From: Gracilinanus agilis
Taxonomy: Eukaryota
Direction: 5' to 3'
Assembly (NCBI RefSeq): GCF_016433145.1
Contig: NC_058131.1
Span: 359,569,233-359,633,232, forward strand
Length of the DNA stretch: 64,000 bases
Shown: positions 36,633 through 48,700 of the stretch, in pieces
Position numbering within the stretch: the stretch's first letter is position 1
Layout of the letters: each line of letters opens with the position of its first letter
Program-made: the position numbers and the translations under genes
Notes under the pieces: generated by a model
Told to the model about the DNA's origin: nothing
The model's database searches: none
Seen by the model: only the letters and a program-made list of their open reading frames with translations

Positions 36633-39600
36633 CCTTTCCTACCTCTCTAGTCTTCTTATATTTACTTCCCTCCATGCACTCGAAGATCCAGTGATATCTC
36701 CTTGCTATTCCTTGTCACTGTATAAGTTTCCCCTCCTCACTTTCTCTGAGAACAATAATCAGCTCAGTACTATGATTGATTCTGGAAAAGGCCATCATCA
36801 GATTGCTCTATTGCTACACTCATCCCAATAACTTCACCTTTCCTTGGTTACCACTTTCCCTATTAAAATGCAAACTCCCTAGTCTCTTATATTTATGCCC
36901 CTAGAGCTTAGCATACATAGTGTCTGACAAATAGGAAGTATTTAATAAATGTTTTTAAATTAATTAACCAGTTAATGTATTAATGTCCCCGAAGGCAGTG
37001 AAGATAATCATAATAAAACTAGCTAGCATTTTATAGCACTTCAGGGCCTGTGAAGTACTTAGCAAACATCGCATTTGATCTTCACAACAACTTTAGGAAG
37101 TATATGTTATTTTTTTTTTAAACCCTTACCTTCCATCTTAGAATACTTTGTATTGGTTCCAGGGAAGAAGAGTGGTAAGGGCTAGGCAAAGGGTTAAGTG
37201 ACTTGCCCAGATCACGTGGCTAGAGAGTGTCTAAGGCCAGATTTGAACCCAGGTCTTCTCAACTCCAGGCCACTTAGCTGCTCTTGATTGTTAGATTTTA
37301 TTTGGGAATCACATTAGTATAGAAAAAAGAACTCTGGTTTTGGAGTAAAAATCAAAACAGAACAGAAAACATCATAAAAGCTTGTTTCAAGTTCTGGTGT
37401 CTGACTTTGAGTATGTGACTTAACCACATTAAGCCTCAGGTTCTTTATCTCTCAAATAAAGACATTGAAGTAAATAGTCTCTGGTGGCCCTCTAGCACTA
37501 ACTGCAAAATTCTTCAAGAGCACATGGCCTCTTTCCTGTCTCCCCTAAGAAAGGATCTGGCAGGGAGGAAAGAACAGTTATGTCTTCATGCTGCACATCA
37601 CTGAAAAGGAGCTAGCCCCACTGTAAACAAGTTGTCAGCCCTTTAAACAAGTCATCTCTGTTACCCCGGCAAAGGGGATTAAAAATGGCGGAAGGGCTGG
37701 AAGAGGAAGAGTCGAGAGCAGACTGGAGCATGAGGATTGGCTCCAAGGGTGGGAGACTTTGAGAATACACTGTTGTGAGCTTATCAGCTCAAGCGCTGCA
37801 GGGAAGAGAGGACAAAGCTGAACAGCAGTGAGCCTTAGCCCATCTCGGGAATGAATGACCAGGTCAAGAGAACCAGAGGATGAATGGGTTCATCAGTACA
37901 CATGGGCAGTGAGGCAGTTACCAAGGCAACAGATGCCGCTCTACCACTGGAGAGTGGATTGAGCATGTGCAGGGCCAGAGACCCAGGACTAATATTTGAG
38001 TGACATTTGGGAATGAGTGGAGGAGTGGCAATTGAGGCAAGTGTCATGGGCAGGGGAGGACAGTGGGATTTGATTTACTGAATTTCTTTTTGTGTTTCTG
38101 GAGAAAAAGTTAGGCTTAGATGGCAAGTCCAGTTCTCATATCCTCTAGCCAGAACTGTGCGGGCTAAAGGGAAGTAAGTATTTAAGTGAATCCAGATTTC
38201 CTTTATATTTCTTCTGTGACTCCCATTGGCCATGATGGTGGATTTTTTTTTTCTCCTGTGGACACAGTGAGCGAGTTGATGCAATTAGGAATATGGAACT
38301 TGACTGATTGCTGGTCTTCTGGGAGCTGATTATATGGTGGGTTCAGAATACTCTAGAAAATATTTATTAGGGGGAAATGATGTTAACATACTAGGGATCA
38401 AAATTTCAGATAGGGAAAAGGGAGACTTACAGTCTACTTAAAACAGTTATAGGAGGCAGATACTTGTCCCTGGGAAAGAATATTGTTTTTCTGTTAAAGA
38501 GGAATTAGAAAGCTTAGTTGATAAACATTATAGCAGAGCCCCGGAGAAAAAAGCAAAACAAGTCTTTAAACCAGCATTTTAAGATATATATTCAGTTCTG
38601 TAGAAGTGAGGAAGATACCAGTATACTTCCTGTTGTGGGGAGGAGCTTACCTGAGATTTGGTTAATGGAAGGAAGAACTAGACTTCCTAATTTAACTATT
38701 TATTTTTGCTAAAGTAACAGGCACTTTCCTGGGACAAGAGTCCTAGTTGCTCTATCCTAGTTATACTCTGTAGTCTTTGTAGCTTGAGAAATAAGAGGGA
38801 AGGAAACCGCAGGGGGAAAGGTGATATTCTGGCAGGTTCTGATGCCCCAGATCCCTGAAAATGGGGAACAGATGTATATAAAAAGGAGAAATGGGATCAG
38901 GAGCTAGGTGGGTTACCCCTTCAGCAAGAAAATGGTGAAACAAAAGAATTAACACAGGAATAGCAGTTAAATCTGAAGCCAGAGGCAGAGGCTCTAAGAT
39001 ATCAGGCATCTACTCAAATGCCATATCATCTGAGACAGTGGGAATATTAAATATTATAGAAAGAATTATAAGATACAGGGGAAAGCAGCTCATATTTATG
39101 ATGGGACAGTATTGCAGAATAAACAATGAATTGTGTTGCTGATTTCCCAGCAGGGAAGAAAGTTTGGGGCACCTGGGAAAGATAAGTGTGAAGGAACTGC
39201 TTTGGGAGACTCTCACTTGGATCCCTGAAGAGAGGATGATAAATCTTTTCTCCAGAAAGCTCCTGGGGAATGTTCTATGCTCATCTCTGACAGGGAGGGA
39301 AGAGAGACAATAGTTGATAAATCTCTTGGTGAAAACAAAAGCTCCAGATCAGAGGTCCCAGAGCAAAGGGGTAAGGCCAGGAGACAGCCTAGGGCTTTAG
39401 ACATGGCCAAATAGAGTTAAGTTAAGGAGGGGGAAAGCCCTTGGAATCCTACTGGGGTTGAACAAGCACTGAAAAGAGAGAGAGAGAACATGGGACAGCC
39501 TGTGCTGCTTTGCCATGAATTTTGCTTGGCATGCTGCCTATTAGAAATGGGGGAGGGGTGCCTGATCCACAGGACAGAGAAGAGTCTGTATCACTGGTCA

Positions 39601-42600
39601 AAGCCTACAGGGGATTGAGGAGGGTAGCAGGTAGGCACTAGTCAAATAGGGTTGCAAGGACTTGAATGAAGAAAGGAGACATTTTCCAAAGTGGTGAGCA
39701 GCCATGAAAAAGGGAAGGAATCTTTCCAAAGCTGCATCAAATTTTGCTTCATGGAGTCATTGGATCACAGGTTTAGGGCTAGAAGAAAACTAAGAGGCCA
39801 TTGAGATTAACATGTTTTTTCTTTTTAACTGATGAAGAAACTGAGGCCCAGATTCAGCATATAATAAGTGCTTAGATTAACAAGTTTTAGCTGCCTTACC
39901 TCTAGACTCCTAAGTTCAATACCTAGGATCACATAGCTATTAAGTTTCTGAAGCTGGATTTCAACTCATCTTCCTGACTTCAGTGATCTAGCCAGGAAAA
40001 AGTCTGCAAGTCTTTCAAGAAATGATGACTTTGGGATTTTGAGATAGCACAGTGGATAGAGAGCCAGTCCTGGACTTGGGAGGACTTCGGTTCAAATCTG
40101 TGCTCAAACACTTCCTAGCTATGTGACCCTGGGCAAGTTACTTAAGCCTGATTGCTTAGTCCTTGTGCTCCTCTATCTAAGGTAAAGGTTATTTAAAGGA
40201 AGGAAGGAAGAAAAGAAGGAAGGAAGGAAGGAAAGAAAGATGACTAAAAGCTAATACTGTGGTTCAGTATTAAGTATATCTGTGGGCATTCAGACACATG
40301 TATTTGAATACAATTTAAATATATGTACATTGGCATGTTAGATTACTTTTTTGGGGAAAAGTACTTTTTTTTTTACAAGTTAAAATGTACAAAAAGTTGG
40401 CTAATGGTGGCAAATTATAATGGCTTATGTGGGCAGAAGTAAATACTTGTTTCTGTGAGGGATAAAAAAGACTTTGAAATTCTATCAGAGCTGGAATTTT
40501 TTTTAAATGGTGATTGTGGGGACGAAAGTAATGATGCATATGATTAGAAAATTCAGAGGTCCTTGAAATTTAGTCATTAGAAAATTGACTTTTAGATTAC
40601 AAAGTTTTAATTGACTTTATTTCTCATGCCTGGACAGCACAGGATGTTAAGTTTGTGAGCTGAGTGGTATAGTGGATAGAGCAAAAGGCTTGGAATTAAA
40701 AAATACTCATATTCCTTAGTTCAAATCTGGCTTGAGACAATAGATATGTGATCCGTTGCAAGCCACTTAGCTTCTTTGCCTCAGTTTCCTCGTCTATAAA
40801 ACGAACTGAAGAGGAATAGGGAAACCTCTTCAGTATCTTTACCAAGAAAATCCCAAATGGGGTCATGAAGTTAGACATGCCTGAAGAATAACTAAACAGC
40901 AACACTTAATTGTGGTGGTGCTGTGCGAAGCTCATAAATTTGTGGACCAATATTTGAAGTGTGAATAAATATTTTTTATACTTTATTTATTTGGTCTTAT
41001 TAACTGGAATTCATTATAGGCATAATTTTGTTAAATATGGATTTAGTAAAATGAATTTTTAATGTTATCTCTAAAATTAAAATTTTATACGATCCTAATT
41101 GAATATAATTCATAGGCTCATAGATTTAGAACAGGGAGACTATCTTGCCCAACCTCCTCATTTTACAAATGAAGAAACTGAGGCCCAAAGAGGTGACTCA
41201 GCCAATGTCAAATAGGTGGTAATTACAAAGATAGGTTTTGAATCTAGGTCTTCTGACTCCAAGTCCAGCTCTTTTCCACTGCATCATATTGTAGCTCATT
41301 GTTTGGATTAAAATTGACATCAGTGGCACATAAGATAGGCAGTCTTAACGGGGAAAAAAAAAAGAGGAAGTGGTATGTCATTTGTCATCTTCTATGGCAA
41401 GTCTCCCATCCCTCAGACTATTTAATTGGGGAACCAGGCCTTAACAATCTGGACTTAGATAATGTGATATAGAAGAAGAATTGGACTTGGATTTGAATCT
41501 GGGTTTGAATCTCATCTCCAACACTTGTATAACCATGGGTTTTTCACACAATCTTTTAGGGCCTCAGTTTTCTCTACTATGAAATGGGGATACTAATGGC
41601 TGTAGTTCCTATTTCAAAGGGATATTGTGAATGTATGGGCAGCTAGGTGGTGCAGTGGTTAGAGTACCCATCCTGGAGTCAGGGAGACTCTTCTACCTGA
41701 GTTCAAATCCAGTTTCCTCATCTGTAAAATGAGCTGGAGAAAGAAATGGCAAACCCCTCCTGTATCTTTGCCAAGAAAACCCCAGCTGAGAACTCAAAGA
41801 ATTGGATACAACTGAAACAACTTTTCAACAACAATATCGATGTATGTAAAGTGCTCAATGGACATGAAAGCACAATATAAGGGTCAGGTATTTTTCTTGA
41901 TGTAGGAATTGGAAATTCAAATAATATTTGTGGATGAGCTCTTTTGTAAGCCCCTGATTAGTTTTTTTTTAACAAGCCTAAATAGGTGTATCTTAAATAT
42001 TATAGAAGCACAGGCACCAAGACAAAGAAAGGGGAGAGAGAGAGAAAGGTGGAAGTTTAGGCTAAACAACATACCCACAGCTTAAGAGTTGAATCTGAGT
42101 TAAAAATGAAGGAATGACAACAGCCAAAAATGGGTCAAGTATTTTGAGAGAACTTCTAGAGATGCTGGAAATCAAAATGGAACTTTTTACTACCTAAAAT
42201 AATCTGGGAAAGTTGGGAACCATATGTTGGGAAGGGTCGGCTTCTGGATGGAGAACTGGATGCAAACAAAACAGAGCCCATTCCCAATTGTGCTTCCTCT
42301 TATTTACATTGTATATATTTTTGTATTTATTTATATGTGTTAATGTCGTTTCCCCCAGTGTAATGTAATGTAAGAATGTAAGCTCCTTTGAGAGAGAGAC
42401 TGTTTCATTTTTGGCCTTTGTATTCCCAGTGCCTAGTACAGAACCTGGCATGAAGTATTTTAGAAAATACATAATGATTGATTCATTGATCAATAAACTA
42501 TTGAAATATTTGGAAGAATGGGCTGGACATCATAGGTCCAGATACGATCCCTCTTTTTAAATTTTTTTTTTTTTTGTTTAAAACCCTTACTTTCTGTGTT

Positions 42601-45170
42601 AGTAACAATTTTAAGACAGAAGGACAAGGGCTAGGTAAATGGGGTTAAGTGACTTGCCCAGAGTCACACAGCAATGAAGTTTCTGAATCCAGATTTGAAT
42701 CTAACTCCTCCCAACTCCTAGCCTGGTATTCTATCTACTAGGCTACCTACCTACTTATCAGACATAATCTCTTGCTTAGCCCATTTCAGAGGCTTCCTAT
42801 GTGGATGCATATAATCTAGGAACAGGTATTTATGGCCTAAGGGTCTTGTGGGTATATGTGTATTACAGCATAAAAAGTGGACCTTCTTCTGTCCTCAGTG
42901 GAAAGGCCAGATGACTAAGTTCTCTTTCCAGTACAGGTACAGCAACTCAGGTACAAAAGAGTAAATAGAGGGGCTGCATGGGAAGAGTGAATGTTGTCTG
43001 TGAAATGCTGGGAAAAATGGATCAGGTACTATTGAGACTTTGCCTATCTAGACTGGGGATTTCGGAGATGCTGAAATTTGAAATGCAGCTTTCTATTACC
43101 CAAAGTCATCTGGGCATGTTGGGAACTATGTGCTGAAGGGTGAGCTTTGGGCAAGGACATGGTCAGAGATGGCACATGGAGAACTGAATGTAAACAAGAC
43201 AGAGCCCATTCCATTCCTGATTGCATCTCCTCTTGACTGAAGATTAGCTGGACAAATCACTGGTTTCCTTTTGTGTTTGGATTACATAAAACTAGAAGAC
43301 CTGAGTCTTTGACACTTATTACCTGGACCAATGAACCAACATAGATAAAGTGTTTTGGAAGCCTTTAAAGTGCTATATAAAATGGTAGCTATCAGTATAC
43401 GCCTGAGATAGGATTTGACCTCAGGTCTCTGATTACTAATTCAACACTTTGCCCACTGGTACAGAGCTAATTGGGAGGTGGCCTGAGAGTGAGTTAAATG
43501 TTAAATGCCACTTCTTTTATATACTAGCTATGTGACCTTAAGCAAGTCCCTTACCTTCTCAGGGCCTTTGAAACAAAGATCCTATGCTACAGAGAAGAGA
43601 AAGAACTGTTGGAGTAAGAACGCAGATGGAAGCAGATGATTTATCACTTGTTTATTAGGGTATATGTTTTAGGGTTTTGATTTTATAAGATTATTCACCT
43701 ACAAAAATGAATAATATGGAAAAATGTTTTGCAGGATAATACAGGTATAACCCAGGTTGAATTGTTTGTCAGCTCTGGGGTGGGGGGGGGGGGAGAAGGG
43801 AGAGAGACAATTTGGATCATATAACTTCAGAAAGTTCATGTGGAAATTTGTTATTAAAATAAAATAATTTTTAAAAATTACATTTGATCTGTATCAATAA
43901 GTCACCACTGGGAGTTGTCCATGTTGAAGAAATCATTTGTTGTTTTTGTTCATTTCAGTCATGTCTAACTCTTTGTGTCCCCATTTGAGATTTTCTTGGC
44001 AAAGATACTGGAGTGGCTTGCCATTCCCTTCTCCAGCTCATTTTACAGATGAAAAGACTAAGGCACCCAGGGATAAGTGAATTGCCCAGGGTCACCCAGC
44101 TTCTAAATGTCTGAGGTTGCATTTGAACTCAGAAAGACTCATCTTCCTGATTCTATCCACTGTATCACCTAGCTGCCCTTGAAGAAATCACAGGACCCAG
44201 TGCAAAAAAAAGTAGAAAGGAACAGTGGCTCATTCCCGGATATACTGTGTCACTGGCAGAGTCTAGCCTAGCATCCAGTTCTCTCGACTCCCATTTTCTT
44301 TTCTTAATATGCCATGTCTCCCCCTATTTGCCAGTGTAACACTAACTGCCCCAAATGAAATATGAAGCAGTCAGTCAAGTTTTTAGGTGTTTGGTTCATG
44401 GTTTGCTTTTTTTGGAAGATCTGGGTGATTGAAAAGATTTTGCCAGGTTTCACCCAGATGGAGTATCTTTTAGACATGACCTCCAAGTGTGGAGCCTGAG
44501 TCCAGTCCAACTCTGCTCCACCACAGAGAGCCAGTGTAGGAGAGTAGAAAGTGCATTGTGCCTAGAGTCAGGAGGGATCTTTGGCCTAATCCTGCCTTAG
44601 CCACCTAACAGTGTGTGATTCTGGGCAATCCCCCTTACCTGTAAAACAGAGATAATAAGGACTTGTGAAGAAAGTACTTTATAAACCTCAATGTATATTG
44701 TAGAGGACAAAAACATTATTATCTGATTCAGAGATGGAAGGCACCTTAGAGATCATCAAGGCTGACCTCTTCATTTTATAGAGGGGAAATTGAGGCCCAG
44801 AAAGGGAAAGCAACTTGCCTAAGACCACACAGCCAGTGTGACAAGTGACAGAGGTCAGAATTTGAACCCAAGTTCTCTGACTACATATCTATTCCTTTGA
44901 ATTTACAGCCTGAGAACCGTGATCCAACCCTCCAAACAGTCAGCCACTGGCAAATGTTATAAAACTAGGCTCTGTTCCTTCTTTGGCCTGAGGGAGCTCC
45001 CAGGCATGAAGGGAGAGAAGGGGGCCTGGTGAAAGAATACTACTCCGATGGACTGTACTTCCAGGCCAAACAGCCCTAATCATGCACCAATAAGAAAGAA
45101 AGAATTGAACCCCAGGATCCCTAAATGAGGGGAAAGGAGAGAGAAGTAGAAAGGAGGGACAGCCACGTAC

Positions 45171-45191
45171 CAGAGTGTGAGCCGAAGCCAT
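45171..45191 (-). CDS. IL17B: Interleukin-17B, coding exon 1 (MASAHTL, 21 nt)
   Basis: acaATGG strong Kozak; ATG GCT TCG GCT CAC ACT CTG|GTACGT gives a phase-0 donor. Same length and same His5/Leu7 codons as the recalled human first exon MDWPHNL. Total CDS 21+329+247 = 597 nt = 198 aa. Confidence 0.8.
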
Positions 45192-45460
45192 TGTAGAGAA
45201 CCAGTCGATGACAGCAACAGCAGCAGCAACAGCAGGGATGCCTCCCTTGGACTGGCAGAGAAATGATGGAACAAGGCAATTATAGATAAAAAGGGGTGTG
45301 TTTGTGGGGCCTGAGGGGTGGGATGGTTCAGAGCCTCAGCCCCTGGCCATGTCTGGCTTGGATTCATGTTGGCAAGGAAGGGGGGCCGTGGGCAGCCCAG
45401 GAACCTGCCCAAGGTGCTGCCCGGGCTGTTGACAAAAGGACAATGCCCTGTGTGTCTGGT
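45192..45460 (-). promoter_or_regulatory. IL17B: IL17B 5'UTR and proximal promoter
   Basis: Minus strand has a TATA-like TTTATCTATAAT (about 45279-45290), a CACCC box (about 45293-45300) and a SOX-type CATTGT (plus ACAATG near 45440). No ATG lies between 45300 and 45192. Non-repetitive, GC-richer island. Confidence 0.55.
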
Positions 45461-46399
45461 GGAGCTGGGCTGGACAGCGTCTCTACTCTTGGCTTGTGGC
45501 CACCTGACCACCAGCACCCACAGCACACGCTGAGACAATCAGGTTCCCTGGATGGACTTTGGGGGGAGGGTGAAGGTTGGGGAGGTGCGGTCAGAAGAGC
45601 AAACGTCCTCAGGAGTTTCTTTGGCTGCAGCTGGAGCCCAGCCTAATCTCAGAGGGAAACAGCTCCTGAGCTCTGCAAAGGAAGCCACGTTTTCAACAAG
45701 AATCAGGAGATCTGTACTTCTGCTTGCCACTAATCTACTCAGTGACCCTAAGCAAGTCGCTTCCCATTTCTGAGCCTTAATTTACCCAAATGTAAAATTA
45801 AAGGGCCGGAAGAGACTATTCCTTCCATCTCCTGTAACTCTAACATTCAATGTTCTACATTCTAAGATGCCTTCTATGTTAAAAGATGCCTTCACCCTTA
45901 ATAGTCTACTTTCTATGTTCTAATATCTATTTAAACTCTGACATTCTTTTTTTTTTTTTTTAAGCCCTTACCTTCCATCTTAGAATCAGTACTATGTATT
46001 GGTTCCAAGGCAGAAGAGCGATAAGGGCTAGGCAGTGGGGTTAAGTGACTTGTCCAGGGTCACACAGCTAAGAAGTATCTGAGGCCAGGTTTCAACCCAG
46101 GACCTCTTGTGTCTGGGTCTGATTCTTAATCCACTGAGCCTCCCCAGCTCTGACATACTAAAGTCTGTTCTCAAGTCAGTTTTAACTCTGACATTCTATG
46201 TTCTGTGTTCTGAGGCCCATCTCAGCTCTGGTGTTCTAAATAGGATGGAGAGAGTACCTCTTTATTTGGGTATTTCTTAAAACTGGAGAAATTTGAAAGT
46301 GGGCAGATCATTCCATAGACTTCAAGGAGTATAATTGTTCTACATGTTCTTTAGAAGTGAAATTTGTTCCTACCTTGTGTGCTTAGAAGAGGGCCACCA

Positions 46400-46800
46400 G
46401 GATTATGAGGGGGAAAACTGAGACTGTATTATATGTTGAATGATTGAAGGAAATTTTGCAGTGCGTGAAGTCTAGGCTTATAAAAAGAAGACTGGGGCAG
46501 GGTGGGGGTGGGATAGGGGAGGAGAGGAGGTAATGAAATGTATTTGGAAGGGTGTTATATGGAGAGGGATTAAATTTGTCCTGCTAAGCCCCGGAAGAAA
46601 GAATTAATAACAATGGGGGGGGGTTTGCAAAGGAGCAGATTTAAGTTTGCTACAAGAGAAAACAAATTCCTAATGATTAGTACCATCTAAAAGTGGCATG
46701 TGTGACTTGAGGAGGTAATAGGTTCCCTCTCCCTAGAAATCTTCAAGCAAAGGGTGAATGACTATGTCAGAGATATTGCAGAGAGGATTCTTGTTCAGGT
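46400..46800 (+). mobile_element. CR1/L3 3' fragment
   Basis: Degenerate match to the recalled L3 tail (ttcctaatgattag..aaaagtgg..gaggtaataggttccctctccctagaaatcttcaagcaaaggg). Similar fragments lie near 14380-14560 and 38340-38720. Confidence 0.6.
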
Positions 46801-47340
46801 TCTGATTAGACTAAATAGGCCACAAATTTTGTGCTGGGAGGCAGGTGCTATTATTATCCCAGTTTACAAGTGAAGAAACTGAGGCAGACAGTGTGACTTG
46901 CCAAGGGTCATACCTACTACTAAGGAGTGGATGCCAGATTTGAACTCGGGTCTCCTGACACCAAGTCCAGTTCTCTATCCAGTGTACAACCTAGCTGCCT
47001 TTTGTTTAGGTAAGAGTTTACAAAAAATTCCCCTCATTGTAGTCTTATGAGGAAGATGATGCAAATATTATCGCCTCTATTTTAACCTATTGAGAAATCA
47101 AAGGTCAGCAAAAGCAAAACGAATCACTCTGGATCCATAGCTAGCCACTGACAGAGGAGACTCTTGAACTCAGATCTTCCATCTGCTAGGTCAGGGCTCT
47201 TCCCACTGTACCAGCCTCCCAACAAGGCTCTTCTTGTGAGCAAGGCCTGGGGGGTCTGGCAGAAGGAAGGCAGGAAATAGATCTGGGGAAGCGACTCTTC
47301 AGGCTCTCCCCCAAGTGGGTGACTAGCCGTGGGAGAGCAA

Positions 47341-47610
47341 GGGGCGGGGCAAGAAGGTTGTGTATCAGGACATGTTTTTGGAGTCATCTTCCTTACAAAG
47401 TTTCCAGTGATAGAGCTGAGCCCTGCTTGGTATTTGACCAAATATGGAGGTATTTCCCGATATCCTCCTGCCCTTGCCAGCTCCGCAGTCATGTAGTGAA
47501 AACCTCCCCTGGATACATCCATCTTGTGACATTCCAAAGTGGTTCTAGTCCTACGAATGAGCTTCACTTTCCTGCCTTCTTCCCTTCCCTATAAATAACC
47601 CTGGGCGGGC
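47341..47610 (+). promoter_or_regulatory. Muscle-type cis-regulatory module or divergent promoter
   Basis: GGGGCGGGGC 47341-47350; perfect CArG CCAAATATGG 47438-47447; M-CAT ACATTCCA 47529-47536; CTATAAATAA (MEF2 consensus and TATA) 47589-47598; GGGCGGG 47603-47609. Confidence 0.55.
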
Positions 47611-47865
47611 CTTGGCAGGACTGGAGAGCTGTGGGACTTTGTCCTCAGCCTCCTGCCTCTCCAACCCTCTTTCCATTCTTTATTATTGAGCAGAAGCACA
47701 GGGCTTTATCTGACTCCTCCTGTCACTGAAGAGTATATATAGCCAAGGACCTTTCCCCCTATGTCTCTCATCCTATATGATCTCTGTGATCAACTCATTT
47801 ACAGTATACACAGGTGGTTTTCTATTCTGCTGATTATTAAATACCTCATGAAATTCATGAAGGAG

Positions 47866-48700
47866 AAGGGACCTTAGGAACCAAAATGTAGAATGTCAGA
47901 TTTGGAAGGAGCCTCAGAATGCGGAACCTAGAATGTCAGAGCTGGAAGTAGCCTTAGAGCTTAGAAATACATTGTCAGAGATAGAAGATATCTTAGAATA
48001 TAGAATATCAGATTTGAAAGCGACCTTAGAACACAGAACATGAAGGAGTCTTAGAACTTAGAACATACACAGTCAGAGATAGAAGATGTCTTAGAACATG
48101 GAATAACAAGATGAAAGTGGCCATTAAGCATGGAAGGTCAGAGACAGAAGGGATATTGGAATTTAAAATATACATTGTTGGAGCTGGAAGATAGATGCCT
48201 TAGAAGAGATTATTAGAGCAGGAAGTAGCCTTAGAACATGGAAATATCAGATTGGGACCTTAGAACACAGAACATAGGGCAACAATGGTGAAACTTTTAG
48301 AGATTGAGTGCCCAAACTGCACTCTTGTGCTGCGTGTGAGCTGCCCCCTTACTCCAGACAGGGGAGGGAGGAAGCACTCCCATAGAGCTGCTGGGCAGAG
48401 GGGCTGGTGATGGGAAAAGTTTCCTCAGTGTGGTAGAGAGAGGGAGGGGAGCAGCCCCTTCTGGCACACATTGCCATAGGTTCACCAATATGAACAAAGG
48501 GTATCAGAACAGGAGTATGCTTTAGAATATCAGAGCCAGAGGTAGTCTTAGAACTTGGAATATAGAGTCGACTATCTGATGCCATAGAACAGAATATCAG
48601 AATGAAAAGGAGCCTCAGAATATAGAATGTCAGAGCTGGAAGAGACCTTAAAAGATAAAATGTCAAATGTCAAAGCTAGAAGGGACTTTAGAACATGGAA
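47866..48700 (+). repeat. Degenerate tandem array, unit roughly AGAATGTCAGAGCTGGAAGGGACCTTAGAACAT (about 30-45 bp)
   Basis: Repeated tagaatgtcaga..ggaag..ccttagaa blocks; the unit resembles the segment preceding MIR cores elsewhere in the window (e.g. 31545-31570, 48909-48940). Confidence 0.85.
48280..48493. mobile_element. Degenerate hAT MITE inside the tandem array
   Basis: Degenerate TIRs CAACAATGGTGAAAC / GGTTCACCAATATG; flanks AACATAGGG / AACAAAGGG. Confidence 0.65.

Noticed and set aside
37922-37966. Alternative IL17B first exon MLNPLSSGRAASVAL with phase-0 donor GTAACT
   Set aside because: Frame-compatible, but weak Kozak and no similarity to the mammalian first exon; 45171-45191 fits length, residues and Kozak far better. 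It remains possible only as a minor alternative.
38640-38660. Strong minus-strand donor CAG|GTAAGC
   Set aside because: Lies in a CR1-like fragment with no upstream ATG or exon evidence.
43044-43226. MEWALSC.. as IL17B exon 1
   Set aside because: No GT donor after codon 7; the segment is part of the 42159/43065 duplication.
44304-44510. 'MDWTQAPHL' ORF resembling the human IL17B start MDWPHNL
   Set aside because: The start codon is TTG, and the following GTCATG is a poor donor.
45080-45538. 152-aa minus-strand ORF with a poly-Leu 'signal peptide'
   Set aside because: The poly-Leu comes from the CTG/TTG run, and most of the ORF lies upstream of the predicted IL17B TSS; no homology recognised.
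47866-48700. CRISPR-like repeat-spacer appearance
   Set aside because: Mammalian DNA; units are degenerate with no constant repeat and unique spacer pattern, and there are no cas genes.
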